DNA of 64,000 bases from Candidatus Woesearchaeota archaeon (GTDB taxonomy: Archaea > Nanobdellota > Nanobdellia > Pacearchaeales > GW2011-AR1): assembly GCA_964533515.1 (NCBI GenBank), contig CAZHMB010000001.1, positions 8,640 through 72,639 of the forward strand, given 5' to 3'. Shown piece after piece: positions 1-8,420 of the stretch (its first letter is position 1; every line of letters begins with the position of its first letter). The notes under the pieces were generated by a model that did no database searches, was not told the origin of the DNA, and was given only the letters and a program-made list of their open reading frames with translations. Position numbers and translations under genes: made by a program.

Positions 1-19
1 GTTAGAGGAGTTTATAAAA

Positions 20-751
20 TTAGGGTTTCGCTTTCTTCCACATCCAGTTGAAATATTTTCTATAAGACTCAGCTATTTCTTTGTTTTTTATTAGGATAAT
101 TGTGGGAATTTGTGTGGAAACATGAATGCTTACATAATCTCCGAAGATAGATGTTGTGGATTGTGTTGGAAAATCTACATACCTTGTTTTTATTGCTTTG
201 ATTTTTGTCATTGGATGGCCTTTGAATTTTTCAGCAGTTAACATTCTCCCGCGCATTCCTCTTTTTGTCATTAATTCCGCAAGTGCAGGTGCTTCATATA
301 ATAAATCATAAGCACGCCCAGTTGCACCGAAAGTTAAAAATTCATCATTTAATTTTTCAGCATAAAAATGCATGATATTTCTAAACCCTTCTTTCCCTTC
401 ATAGACATTTATCTCCACGGGGGAATTTTTTTGTTTTTTGATCTTTGAAATGTCTTTGATTAAATCCCCAATCAAAACTTCTTTCGCTTTTACATCGTTT
501 AGAAGATTGTCTGGAGTTGATGCTTTGAAGAATTTTTTGTTTTCTTTTACAACATAACTTACTTGGCCCTTTTCTATTAGATGATTTAGAACAGTATATG
601 TTAAAGTTCTGTCTATAGAGATATTTTTAGCAATTTGGTTTGCAGTTAATTCTCCTTTTTTTACTAGCTCTAAGTAAACCTTGGATTCATTTCCAGTAAG
701 TCCTGCTTGTTGTAGTTTTTCTTGTATGTCCATCTTGTTGTTATCAAACAT
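20..751 (-). CDS. TrmB-family winged-helix transcriptional regulator
   Basis: 243-aa ORF. N-terminal HTH segment LTANQIAKNISIDRTLTYTVLNHLIEKGQVSYV followed by a C-terminal ligand-binding-like domain typical of the TrmB sugar-regulator family. Confidence 0.5.
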   Translation of the reverse strand: MFDNNKMDIQEKLQQAGLTGNESKVYLELVKKGELTANQIAKNISIDRTLTYTVLNHLIEKGQVSYVVKENKKFFKASTPDNLLNDVKAKEVLIGDLIKDISKIKKQKNSPVEINVYEGKEGFRNIMHFYAEKLNDEFLTFGATGRAYDLLYEAPALAELMTKRGMRGRMLTAEKFKGHPMTKIKAIKTRYVDFPTQSTTSIFGDYVSIHVSTQIPTIILIKNKEIAESYRKYFNWMWKKAKP

Positions 752-831
752 AACAACTTAAGTTTATAAGAGTTTCTGAGAGTTGCTATTTGTAGGTGGT
801 TGACTGCAGAGAATAGTTCTGGAAAAATAAG

Positions 832-1221
832 ATGGAAAAATTAGAATACAAATTGACCCCTGAATACCTAAGAGGAGCGTTAGAGAAGGCAAGAAAAGTT
901 CCTTTAGAAGATTGGACATTTTTAAAGACAGAAGAAGAACCATATGGAAAAGGAGAGCCGGTAGTAGAAGAAACAATAGTCACCAAACTGAATGGGGGAA
1001 CTGATTTAAGCATTATAGATAGGAAGTATTTCAGACGTATACTCTGTGATAAATCTTGTAGGGTAATTTTGGAAGGAGAGGACTTTAGGGCTGAATATAG
1101 GGGATCGAAAAATATTGATGAAGGATATGAACAAGTACACTCAGTTTACAATGGAATACAAGAAAGAATAAAGAATTGGAAAATGGCTGAGTTAAAGACA
1201 GAGTTAGGAATGACAAAATGA
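832..1221 (+). CDS. hypothetical protein
   Basis: 129-aa ORF with no recognisable motif. GC content is locally higher than the surroundings. Followed 20 nt later by the next ORF. Confidence 0.35.
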   Translation: MEKLEYKLTPEYLRGALEKARKVPLEDWTFLKTEEEPYGKGEPVVEETIVTKLNGGTDLSIIDRKYFRRILCDKSCRVILEGEDFRAEYRGSKNIDEGYEQVHSVYNGIQERIKNWKMAELKTELGMTK

Positions 1222-1240
1222 TAAAAAAATTAATGGAGAA

Positions 1241-1933
1241 ATGAAAATGATAAACCAAGAAGAAGAATCTAAACCAATTGAAATAGAAGGCTTTCCTTCA
1301 AGAGAACCAAATGTAGAATACGTTGGGGTCGTGCATGATGCGCGTGTTCCTACTGAAAGAATTATTGCTGGAAAGAGAATTAACTCTTGGAAGAGAACTT
1401 GCTGGCCACCTGTAATGGGTTGTGGAAGCAGAGCCCGAACAATTTCTGGGAGTCTTGCTTATATGGATTTTAAGGAAATTTCATTGAGCTACCTTACTAA
1501 ATATGGACATAACGAAGGGGATAGGGACCCTCTTGAATTTCCCCATCTCGGAGAAGATGCGTTAATGATTGAAATGTTTGGTATTGAGCCTGCTGAAGTA
1601 GAAAGATTTAGTGAAGCCCCTAACTGGATTGATCCCCCTCAAAAAAAAGTTTTGGGGGCATTGCTTAATAAATTGTCAGGGATAGCAATCAAAAGAGATA
1701 TTTTTCTTTTGGCAATAGCAACTGGAGGAATATATAATTTTTATTATGGTGGAAGAGTCGCTGAAACTCACGCAAGTTTGGTTTCTCAAATCTATAATAA
1801 TCAAAATACAGGAATCAATTTTAAACGATTTGCCAAAAAAAGTGGAAACCCGCTGAACTTTGTTTATGCTCCAAGGAAAAACGAACATTTGTGTTTGTAT
1901 GGAACAATTCCTAAAGAATCTGAGGAAGAATAA
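1241..1933 (+). CDS. hypothetical protein
   Basis: 230-aa ORF, not low-complexity. Contains the Cys-containing segment CWPPVMGCGS. No family recognised. Confidence 0.4.
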   Translation: MKMINQEEESKPIEIEGFPSREPNVEYVGVVHDARVPTERIIAGKRINSWKRTCWPPVMGCGSRARTISGSLAYMDFKEISLSYLTKYGHNEGDRDPLEFPHLGEDALMIEMFGIEPAEVERFSEAPNWIDPPQKKVLGALLNKLSGIAIKRDIFLLAIATGGIYNFYYGGRVAETHASLVSQIYNNQNTGINFKRFAKKSGNPLNFVYAPRKNEHLCLYGTIPKESEEE

Positions 1934-1934
1934 A

Positions 1935-2228
1935 ATGAAACAAGAAAATAAACCTCAAAGAGAAAGTGGAAAAAGCAAATTGATTAGATTCCTCAAAGAA
2001 GAATTAGAAGATACTCCTTTGAATAGCTTACTTGGAATTCCTACCGGTTTTCTTCTAGGTCTTGGTCTTGGGGCTACTGGAAAACATACGGGCCATTGGG
2101 AAATTCCTTGTATTTTGCCTGCTATAAATTTTGTCACAGTTGGTTTTCCTACAAATACGGGGGACCTCGCATACATTTTAGGCGTTGCTACAAATTATTT
2201 TCCAGAAATTATCCAGATGTACTCTTAA
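1935..2228 (+). CDS. small membrane protein, hypothetical
   Basis: ATG at 1935 is 2 nt after the stop of the preceding ORF. Gly-rich hydrophobic stretch GFLLGLGLGATG. Confidence 0.3.
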   Translation: MKQENKPQRESGKSKLIRFLKEELEDTPLNSLLGIPTGFLLGLGLGATGKHTGHWEIPCILPAINFVTVGFPTNTGDLAYILGVATNYFPEIIQMYS

Positions 2229-2233
2229 TTCTT

Positions 2234-4714
2234 TTACTCCAAATAAACGCCAACCATGCCGGGCCTTGCTTTTTTTGATTTGTTTTCTGGATCGTGTTTG
2301 TCTTTTTGGTTTGTCGCAAAGACATCAACTAACTTTCCTATTGTCTTACTAATCTTTTTCGCGTTTATCTTTTCAATTTCGGAAGGGATCGCATAAAGAT
2401 AAATCTTCTCTTTGTCCGCAAACTTTTCAACGATCGGTTTTATCTGGTTTATTATTTTTTCAGTTAGATCTTCTTTCGAAGCCGACTTCTTTTTTATTTT
2501 TGACTTGCCGGCTTCTGGCCATTTTGATTTTGAGATAAAATTTTTTCCTGTTTTATTGTTCCCAATCTTTTCCCAAAGCTCTTCAGCAATATGTGGGCAG
2601 AACGGGGAAAGAAGTTTCAAAGAGGATTCTAAAGTTTTCTTTGAAACTTGTTTTTGCTCGGCAATTAAATCAAATAATTCTCTTAGTTGGATTGTTGCTC
2701 TACGATATTCATAGATTCCCTCTATATCTTGAGTGATATCTTTAATTGATTGGTTAATCTTTACTATCATCTCCTCGCTGTCTTTTCCGATTTTTATCTT
2801 TTGAATGGTTTCAATAACTTTTTTTAAAAATTTTAGGCTACCCTGAATACCTGATTCAGACCAATCCCTTGGTTTATCTGGTGAAGCTAAAGAAAGAAGG
2901 AAGAATCTTGCAGTGTCCATCCCGTAACTTTCAGAGACAGTATCTGGATTTATTACATTTCCTTTTGATTTTGACATCTTTTCTCCGTCAGGACCATGTA
3001 ACATTCCCTGATTGAATAAAGACAAGAAGGGTTCATCAAAATTAAGAAAACCCAGGTCTCTCAAAACTTTCGTGAAGAATCGTGCATAAATCAAATGCAA
3101 GCAAGCATGTTCTGCCCCACCAATGTATTGGTCTACTGGTAGCCATTCTTTTATCTTTTTCTTATCAAAAGGTTCTTTATTATTTTTATTGTCGGGATAT
3201 CTCAAGAAATACCAAGAAGAATCAAAGAAAGTGTCCATTGTTTCTGTTTCTCTTTTTGCGTTCCCTTTACATTTTGGACATTTCGCATTTATCCATTCTT
3301 TGTTTGTTTCTAATGGATTTCCTTTACCGAATTTGACTTTCTCTGGAAGTTTAACAGGTAAATCTTTTTCAGGGACAGGAACGGCGCCACATTTTTCACA
3401 ATTAATTATCGGTATTGGAGTTCCCCAATATCTCTGTCGAGAGAATCCCCAATCTCTTAATTTATAATTAATTACTTTTCTCGCCAGCTCTTTTCTTTCA
3501 AGATCTTTAGTGATTATATCTTTTGCAAGTTCATTGTCACATGTCAGCTTTCCAGAATTAACCATCTGGCCTTCTCCAGTATAAGCCCTCGTTAAAGTTT
3601 CTCCTTTTAAATTTGTATGAATCTCCGGATCTGGATTAATAACAATCTTAATAGGAATTCCATATTTCTTAGCAAATTCGAAATCTCTTTGGTCATGTGC
3701 TGGAACTGCCATAACCATCCCGCTTCCATAATCAGCGACGACAAAGTTTCCTGCATAAACAGGGACTTTTTCATTTGTCGCAGGATTAATCGCATAACTC
3801 CCTGTGAAAACTCCTTCTTTTTCTAAAGTCTCTAATTCTTTTTCTGAGACAGAACCTATTTTCTTGAGAAATTTTTCAACTTTCTTTTTCTGTTCTTTTG
3901 TAACGAGAGTCATTAACTCCGGATGCTGTGCAGCAACTACCATAAATGTTACTCCAAAAATTGTATCTGGCCTTGTTGTGAATATCGGCCAGGTTTTTCC
4001 ATTAATCTCAAAGTCAATTTCAGTTCCGTGAGATTTTCCTATCCAATTTTTTTGCATTGACTTTATCTTTTCTGGCCAATTTAAATCTTTCAAGCCAGAC
4101 AATAATTCATCTGCATATTTTGTTGTTTTCAAATACCATTCATCAAGATGCTTTATCTCAATCTTGCTTTCACACCTTTCACAAATCCCTCCCTGAGACT
4201 GTTCGTTTGATATAACCGTTTTACAAGAAGGACACCAATTCACAGCTGCCTTTTTTCTATAAACTAATCCTGCTTCTAAAAACTTCAAGAAGAAATATTG
4301 ATTCCATTTATAATATTCTGGGGCCATAGTAGAAATTGTCTTTGACCAATCATAACTTACTCCTAATTCCTTCATTTGTCGAATATAATTCTTTATCGCT
4401 TTTTCTATGAACGGCCTTGGGTGTTCGCCTGCTTTTATTGCTGCATTTTCTGCTGGTAGACCAAGAGCGTCAAAGCCCATCGGATATAAAACATTAAAAT
4501 CATTCATTCTTTTGAATCTTGCAAAGACATCTCCAATAGAATAATTAAGAGCATGGCCCATATGCAAACCTGCAGAAGAGGGATAGGGGAACATTTCAAG
4601 AACATAATACTTCTTCTTTTTTGAATTTTCAGAAACTTCAAAAGCCTTCTCTTTCTCCCAAGCCTTTTGCCACTTCTTTTCAATCTTGCTGAAATTTATT
4701 TCTTTTTCTTCCAT
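2234..4714 (-). CDS. leuS: leucyl-tRNA synthetase (class I aaRS)
   Basis: 826 aa. N-terminal EMFPYPSSAGLHMGH (HIGH-type motif) and C-terminal KMSKS. CP1/editing-domain-like insertion. Cys clusters WCPSCKT and CERCES typical of archaeal LeuRS. Confidence 0.8.
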   Translation of the reverse strand: MEEKEINFSKIEKKWQKAWEKEKAFEVSENSKKKKYYVLEMFPYPSSAGLHMGHALNYSIGDVFARFKRMNDFNVLYPMGFDALGLPAENAAIKAGEHPRPFIEKAIKNYIRQMKELGVSYDWSKTISTMAPEYYKWNQYFFLKFLEAGLVYRKKAAVNWCPSCKTVISNEQSQGGICERCESKIEIKHLDEWYLKTTKYADELLSGLKDLNWPEKIKSMQKNWIGKSHGTEIDFEINGKTWPIFTTRPDTIFGVTFMVVAAQHPELMTLVTKEQKKKVEKFLKKIGSVSEKELETLEKEGVFTGSYAINPATNEKVPVYAGNFVVADYGSGMVMAVPAHDQRDFEFAKKYGIPIKIVINPDPEIHTNLKGETLTRAYTGEGQMVNSGKLTCDNELAKDIITKDLERKELARKVINYKLRDWGFSRQRYWGTPIPIINCEKCGAVPVPEKDLPVKLPEKVKFGKGNPLETNKEWINAKCPKCKGNAKRETETMDTFFDSSWYFLRYPDNKNNKEPFDKKKIKEWLPVDQYIGGAEHACLHLIYARFFTKVLRDLGFLNFDEPFLSLFNQGMLHGPDGEKMSKSKGNVINPDTVSESYGMDTARFFLLSLASPDKPRDWSESGIQGSLKFLKKVIETIQKIKIGKDSEEMIVKINQSIKDITQDIEGIYEYRRATIQLRELFDLIAEQKQVSKKTLESSLKLLSPFCPHIAEELWEKIGNNKTGKNFISKSKWPEAGKSKIKKKSASKEDLTEKIINQIKPIVEKFADKEKIYLYAIPSEIEKINAKKISKTIGKLVDVFATNQKDKHDPENKSKKARPGMVGVYLE

Positions 4715-4744
4715 GTTCTTTTATGAATAAGCTAGTTTTTAAAA

Positions 4745-5023
4745 TTAATCACAAACAAATTTCCTAAATGCCTCCCTTGTTTCTTCAGTTTTTTCTTTTG
4801 TGGTGAGAAAACAGGGATCGAAGTCTAAAACTTCTATGTCGAATTCTTCGCCGATAGGGGGCCTGTGTTCTGTTCTAATATATACTGCATTCTTTGCAAC
4901 GAGGCAATTGGGACCAGCCATAAAGGAGTATTTTTCGCAGGATCCATTTCGTCTAAGAGTAGCATAAAAAAATCCGGGATAAAATCTTGATTTTTCAATC
5001 TCTGCGGATTCTATAACTTTCAT
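4745..5023 (-). CDS. hypothetical protein
   Basis: 92-aa ORF with no recognised motif. Confidence 0.3.
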   Translation of the reverse strand: MKVIESAEIEKSRFYPGFFYATLRRNGSCEKYSFMAGPNCLVAKNAVYIRTEHRPPIGEEFDIEVLDFDPCFLTTKEKTEETREAFRKFVCD

Positions 5024-5225
5024 CGTCTAGACTTATAAAAACCGCCTGCAAATTTAATTAGGATATATTTTTTGTAAGTCATTTTTCTTGAAAGAAGTTA
5101 GAAAAATAACTCTCTATAAAATTAAGAGAGTTAAGACTAGCACGACTAGAATTGTCAAATTCATCTTGTTGAATTTTTGTGCCAGTTTCATACTGTTAAT
5201 TCAAGTAAACCCATATTTTTAAATA

Positions 5226-5777
5226 TTGTTGTTTTGTAGGTTATATATGCTTAAAGGAAAATTCCCGATTAATTTGACTAAAGAGGTTCTTACTAGCAAT
5301 AGCTCGGAGGCTTTTTCGCTGTATGATAAAAGTTGTTTTGGTGAACCCTCTAAAGGCAAAGATAAAATTTCTTATGGGTATTCAGAGGCTGTTTATTTAG
5401 TGGAGACTAAGAAAGCGGAAGTTTTTTCTGGTAAAAAGAAAATTGATGTAAAAGAACTGATGAAGAAACTTTCAAGGGTTGATAAGAAAATTTATATTAA
5501 ATATCCTGTATATAGCGACTTGAGGGAAAAGGGTTACATTGTTAAAACGGCTTTGAAGTTTGGTGCGGACTTTAGAGTTTATCCGAAAGGGAAACGTCCG
5601 GGGAATGCTCATGCGAAATGGGTTGTTTTTGTTGATCACGAAGCCGCTAAGACGAACTGGCAAGAATTTTCTGCGAAGAACAGGGTCGCACATAGCACAA
5701 AGAAAAAACTTTTATTGGGAATAGTAGATTCGGAGGAGGATGTTACATATTACGAGGTGGGGTGGGTGAGGCCGTAA
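5226..5777 (+). CDS. endA: tRNA-splicing endonuclease (homotetramer-type EndA)
   Basis: 183 aa. C-terminal catalytic signature YSDLREKGYIVKTALKFGADFRVYPKG...HAKWVVFV matches the EndA catalytic domain (Tyr, His and Lys triad context). Confidence 0.75.
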   Translation: MLFCRLYMLKGKFPINLTKEVLTSNSSEAFSLYDKSCFGEPSKGKDKISYGYSEAVYLVETKKAEVFSGKKKIDVKELMKKLSRVDKKIYIKYPVYSDLREKGYIVKTALKFGADFRVYPKGKRPGNAHAKWVVFVDHEAAKTNWQEFSAKNRVAHSTKKKLLLGIVDSEEDVTYYEVGWVRP

Positions 5778-5778
5778 A

Positions 5779-5991
5779 ATGTTCGGGAAAATAAAATCCA
5801 TGAAACCTTGGAAACAAATTTCTTTTGCTATTCTAATTGCTTTTGCAGTCATATCTTTTTGGAGAGGGATTTGGGGTTTGCTTGACGAATATCTTTTTCC
5901 TTCAAGTATGGAATTAAGTTTATGGATATCTGTTTTGATTGGGTTGGTAATTCTTATTGTTACACATTATACTACTAAAGAATTGATGTGA
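5779..5991 (+). CDS. small two-TM membrane protein, hypothetical
   Basis: Translationally coupled to endA: ATG is 2 nt after its stop. Two hydrophobic helices. Confidence 0.3.
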   Translation: MFGKIKSMKPWKQISFAILIAFAVISFWRGIWGLLDEYLFPSSMELSLWISVLIGLVILIVTHYTTKELM

Positions 5992-6036
5992 GTTAGTTTC
6001 ATTTTATCTCCACAATCTTTATAACTTTGACATCTC

Positions 6037-6927
6037 TTGAAATTTTGTAAAATGCCTCAACGAGATACATTGCCTACAAAAGAAAAGATTTTGGAAATTC
6101 TCAGATTAAAAGGTCCTAGCTTGCCGGTCAGAATAGCGAGGGAAATAAATACAGATGGTTTATTCGCTTCTGCATTTTTATCCGAATTGATTTCAAATAA
6201 GAAAGTTAAAATAAGTAATATGCGGGTTGGAAATTCTCCGCTTTATTTTTTGCCCGGTCAAGAAGACCAACTTGAAAATTTTTCGGAGCATATTAAAGGA
6301 AGAGAAAGAGAGGCATTTGATTTATTGAAAGAGAAAAGTTTTTTGAAGGATGATGAACAGCACCCCGCAATCCGTGTCGCCCTTAGATCAATTCGTGATT
6401 TTGCTATTCCATTTAGAGATAGTGAGGAGAATATCATTTGGAGATTTTTTAAAGTTAGTCAAGAAGATTTTGGGAGAGTGGTTGAAGAGAAAAAGTCTGA
6501 AAAAGACTTGGGAATTTTTGAGGGCCGGGGAGATATGGAAGAAGAGATTCCTAAAAAAGTCGAGAAGCCAAAAATTATTGATGGGCCAAAAGTGAAAAAA
6601 TCCGTTAAGAAAAAAGTCTCAACAAAGAGCGACAAGTTCTTTAACATAGTTAAGGAATTTCTCGAGAAAAGAAACATGGGGATAGTTGGTATCGAAGGTA
6701 TGAGCAAAACAGATTTAATTTTGAAAATAAAGTCTGGTGGGGAGGAGAAAACCCTTGTGGCATTTAACAAAAAAAGGATTAATGATGCTGATTTGATTAA
6801 AGCTTACAAGAAGGCGTCTGAATATAAGAGAAAATTTTTGGTTCTTAGCAAAGGCGGGGCATTGAAGAAACTCGAGGAACTTATTGAAGCTGCTAAGGGT
6901 CTTGAAAGCCTTGAGAAAATAGAATAG
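6037..6927 (+). CDS. winged-helix domain protein (possible TFE/TFIIE-alpha-like) with K/E-rich linker
   Basis: N-terminal ~110 aa looks like a winged helix followed by a beta-hairpin wing (RVGNSPLYFLPG). No zinc ribbon. The C-terminal half is a K/E-rich low-complexity linker plus a small domain. Confidence 0.35.
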   Translation: MKFCKMPQRDTLPTKEKILEILRLKGPSLPVRIAREINTDGLFASAFLSELISNKKVKISNMRVGNSPLYFLPGQEDQLENFSEHIKGREREAFDLLKEKSFLKDDEQHPAIRVALRSIRDFAIPFRDSEENIIWRFFKVSQEDFGRVVEEKKSEKDLGIFEGRGDMEEEIPKKVEKPKIIDGPKVKKSVKKKVSTKSDKFFNIVKEFLEKRNMGIVGIEGMSKTDLILKIKSGGEEKTLVAFNKKRINDADLIKAYKKASEYKRKFLVLSKGGALKKLEELIEAAKGLESLEKIE

Positions 6928-6961
6928 TAACTTTTAAAAAGCCTCGGCAAGAGATTAAAAT

Positions 6962-7171
6962 ATGGGAAAGATAAAAACGCGTTTAGTGAAGAGAACTGCA
7001 AGAACTCTATTTGGAAAAGACTTTCCGTTTACAGAGGATTTCGCAGAGAATAAAAAGATTCTTGGAATGGACATGCCAAGTAAGAAAATTAGAAATCAAA
7101 TTGCAGGATATTTGTCTAGATTGAAAAGGCAAGATAATGCTAGACTTAAATCTTTAAGTGTTGAAGAATAA
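6962..7171 (+). CDS. rps17e: 30S ribosomal protein S17e
   Basis: 69 aa. MGKIKTRLVKRTARTLFGKDFPFTEDFAENKKIL matches the conserved eS17 N-terminus. Confidence 0.8.
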   Translation: MGKIKTRLVKRTARTLFGKDFPFTEDFAENKKILGMDMPSKKIRNQIAGYLSRLKRQDNARLKSLSVEE

Positions 7172-7174
7172 AAA

Positions 7175-7426
7175 TTATTTTTTCTTGTTTGAGTTTTTCA
7201 GAAGTTTATCAATTTTTTTCTCAACCCTTTGCAAATCTCCACGTATTGTGTAAAGTGCTTTCCTTTTTTTTCTGTTGACTATTAAATTTATCACTTGAAA
7301 GACTATCCAGAGGAATATTATTACTCCTGCCGCGCTTAGCCAGAGGGCTATTCTTCCAAGATTCCCTATTAGCCATAGCGGAACCTCTACTACGTTGCTG
7401 GCGTTTATCACCTCACCTACTACCAT
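7175..7426 (-). CDS. small membrane protein with basic C-terminal tail
   Basis: 83 aa. One or two TM helices followed by KKRK and K-rich tail. Confidence 0.3.
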   Translation of the reverse strand: MVVGEVINASNVVEVPLWLIGNLGRIALWLSAAGVIIFLWIVFQVINLIVNRKKRKALYTIRGDLQRVEKKIDKLLKNSNKKK

Positions 7427-7467
7427 GGCTTAGTTAATATAATGAGATTTATAAAACTTGGGGAAAC

Positions 7468-7480
7468 CCAAAACTTTTAA
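7468..7480 (+). promoter_or_regulatory. BRE/TATA element for tRNA-Met
   Basis: aaacttttaaact lies 26-38 nt upstream of the tRNA 5' end, which is archaeal promoter spacing. Confidence 0.5.
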
Positions 7481-7505
7481 ACTGTTCAAATCTGTGAAAT
7501 GTTAT

Positions 7506-7578
7506 GGCTCTGTAGCTCAGTGTTTAGAGCGCTGCTCTCATGAGGCAGAGGCCGGGAGTTAAAATCTCCCCAGAGCCA
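7506..7578 (+). tRNA. tRNA-Met (CAU), elongator type
   Basis: Cloverleaf read by hand: acceptor GGCTCTG/CAGAGCC, D arm GCTC..GAGC, anticodon stem CTGCT/GGCAG, loop CTCATGA (anticodon CAT), T arm GGGAG-TTAAAAT-CTCCC, discriminator A. Lacks the three consecutive G:C pairs in the anticodon stem that an initiator tRNA carries. Confidence 0.85.
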
Positions 7579-7592
7579 TATTTATCTAAATA

Positions 7593-8078
7593 TCATTCTA
7601 AATTCTTTTTTATCTTTTCTGTAATTTCTTTCATTTCTTCGTCAGAAAGTTTTGGAATAGGATTTGTTATCTTTGTGAAACCTTCTTTTGATAGGGGACA
7701 TACTTTAATGTGAACATGCTCAAATTCTAAACCTTCAACAAGCAAACCCGTCTTCAGAGGTTTCATTGTTTTGTCCACCGCTTTTGCGATCTTCTTTGAG
7801 ACAATCATTAAACTCGAATAAATTTTATCGTCCAAATCAAATAGCCAGGGAGCAAGATGTTGTTTAGGAATAACTAATGTTTGACCCTTTGAAAATGGAA
7901 ATGCGTCCAGAAACGCTATAGAAAAGTCATCCTCATATATTTTGTAACATGAAATCTCCCCTTTGACAATTTTGCAAAAAATACAATCTTCTTTTTGTCC
8001 CATGTCCAAATAACCTCTCTGAACTTTAAATACTTTTTTATAAAAAAATAAAAAAAGAATCAACGCCTTCTCTTTCAA
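7593..8078 (-). CDS. HIT-family (histidine triad-like) hydrolase
   Basis: 161 aa. CIFCKIVKGE...YEDD..AFLDAFP..KGQTLVIPKQH followed by a degenerate triad EHVHIKVCP. Confidence 0.55.
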   Translation of the reverse strand: MKEKALILFLFFYKKVFKVQRGYLDMGQKEDCIFCKIVKGEISCYKIYEDDFSIAFLDAFPFSKGQTLVIPKQHLAPWLFDLDDKIYSSLMIVSKKIAKAVDKTMKPLKTGLLVEGLEFEHVHIKVCPLSKEGFTKITNPIPKLSDEEMKEITEKIKKNLE

Positions 8079-8118
8079 TAAGTCCCTAATAAATAAAAAA
8101 TAAAAATCTTGCTAAGAC

Positions 8119-8296
8119 TTATCTTCTTTTTTTCTTAGCTTTCTTCTTAGCTTTCTTCTTAGCTTTCTTCTTAGCTTTCTTCTTAGCTTTCTTCTTAGCT
8201 TTCTTTTTCACAGCTTTCTTTTTCACAGCTTTCTTTTTCACAGCTTTCTTTTTCACAGCTTTCTTCTTAACTGCTTTTTTCTTTTTTGCGGCCATT
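8119..8296 (-). CDS. 59-aa lysine/alanine-rich basic protein, (AVKKK)4(AKKK)7, histone H1-tail-like
   Basis: Minus-strand ORF just under the 60-aa cut-off of the ORF track. Translates to MAAKKKKAVKKKAVKKKAVKKKAVKKKAKKKAKKK...KKRR*. GAGGTG Shine-Dalgarno-like motif lies 7-12 nt upstream of the ATG. Encoded entirely by the tandem repeat. Confidence 0.45.
8134..8266. repeat. tandem micro-repeat: 12-mer cttagctttctt x~6 then 15-mer tttcacagctttctt x4
   Basis: Direct perfect tandem copies visible in the sequence. They encode the AKKK and AVKKK units of the small basic ORF. Confidence 0.9.
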
Positions 8297-8420
8297 ATAA
8301 AAACACCTCTTTTTAATTAGTTATACTAAGAATTAATTGTTTAAAAACTCTTCGGTGAAATTGAAATTGAAATTTTTCAAAAATAAAAAGATAACTTTGC
8401 CGACGGAAAAATTAAGAATA

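Noticed and set aside
764-1013. Minus-strand ORFs 764..976 and 786..1013 overlapping the + strand ORF 832..1221.
   Set aside because: Hydrophobic or low-complexity translations opposite a plausible coding frame. Likely spurious.
7506-7578. tRNA-Met considered as the initiator tRNA.
   Set aside because: The anticodon stem lacks the three consecutive G:C pairs of archaeal initiators, and the acceptor is ordinary. Called elongator.
8134-8266. Tandem repeat array considered as a CRISPR array.
   Set aside because: Units are 12-15 nt with no spacers. They are in frame and encode K/A repeats. There are no cas genes nearby.
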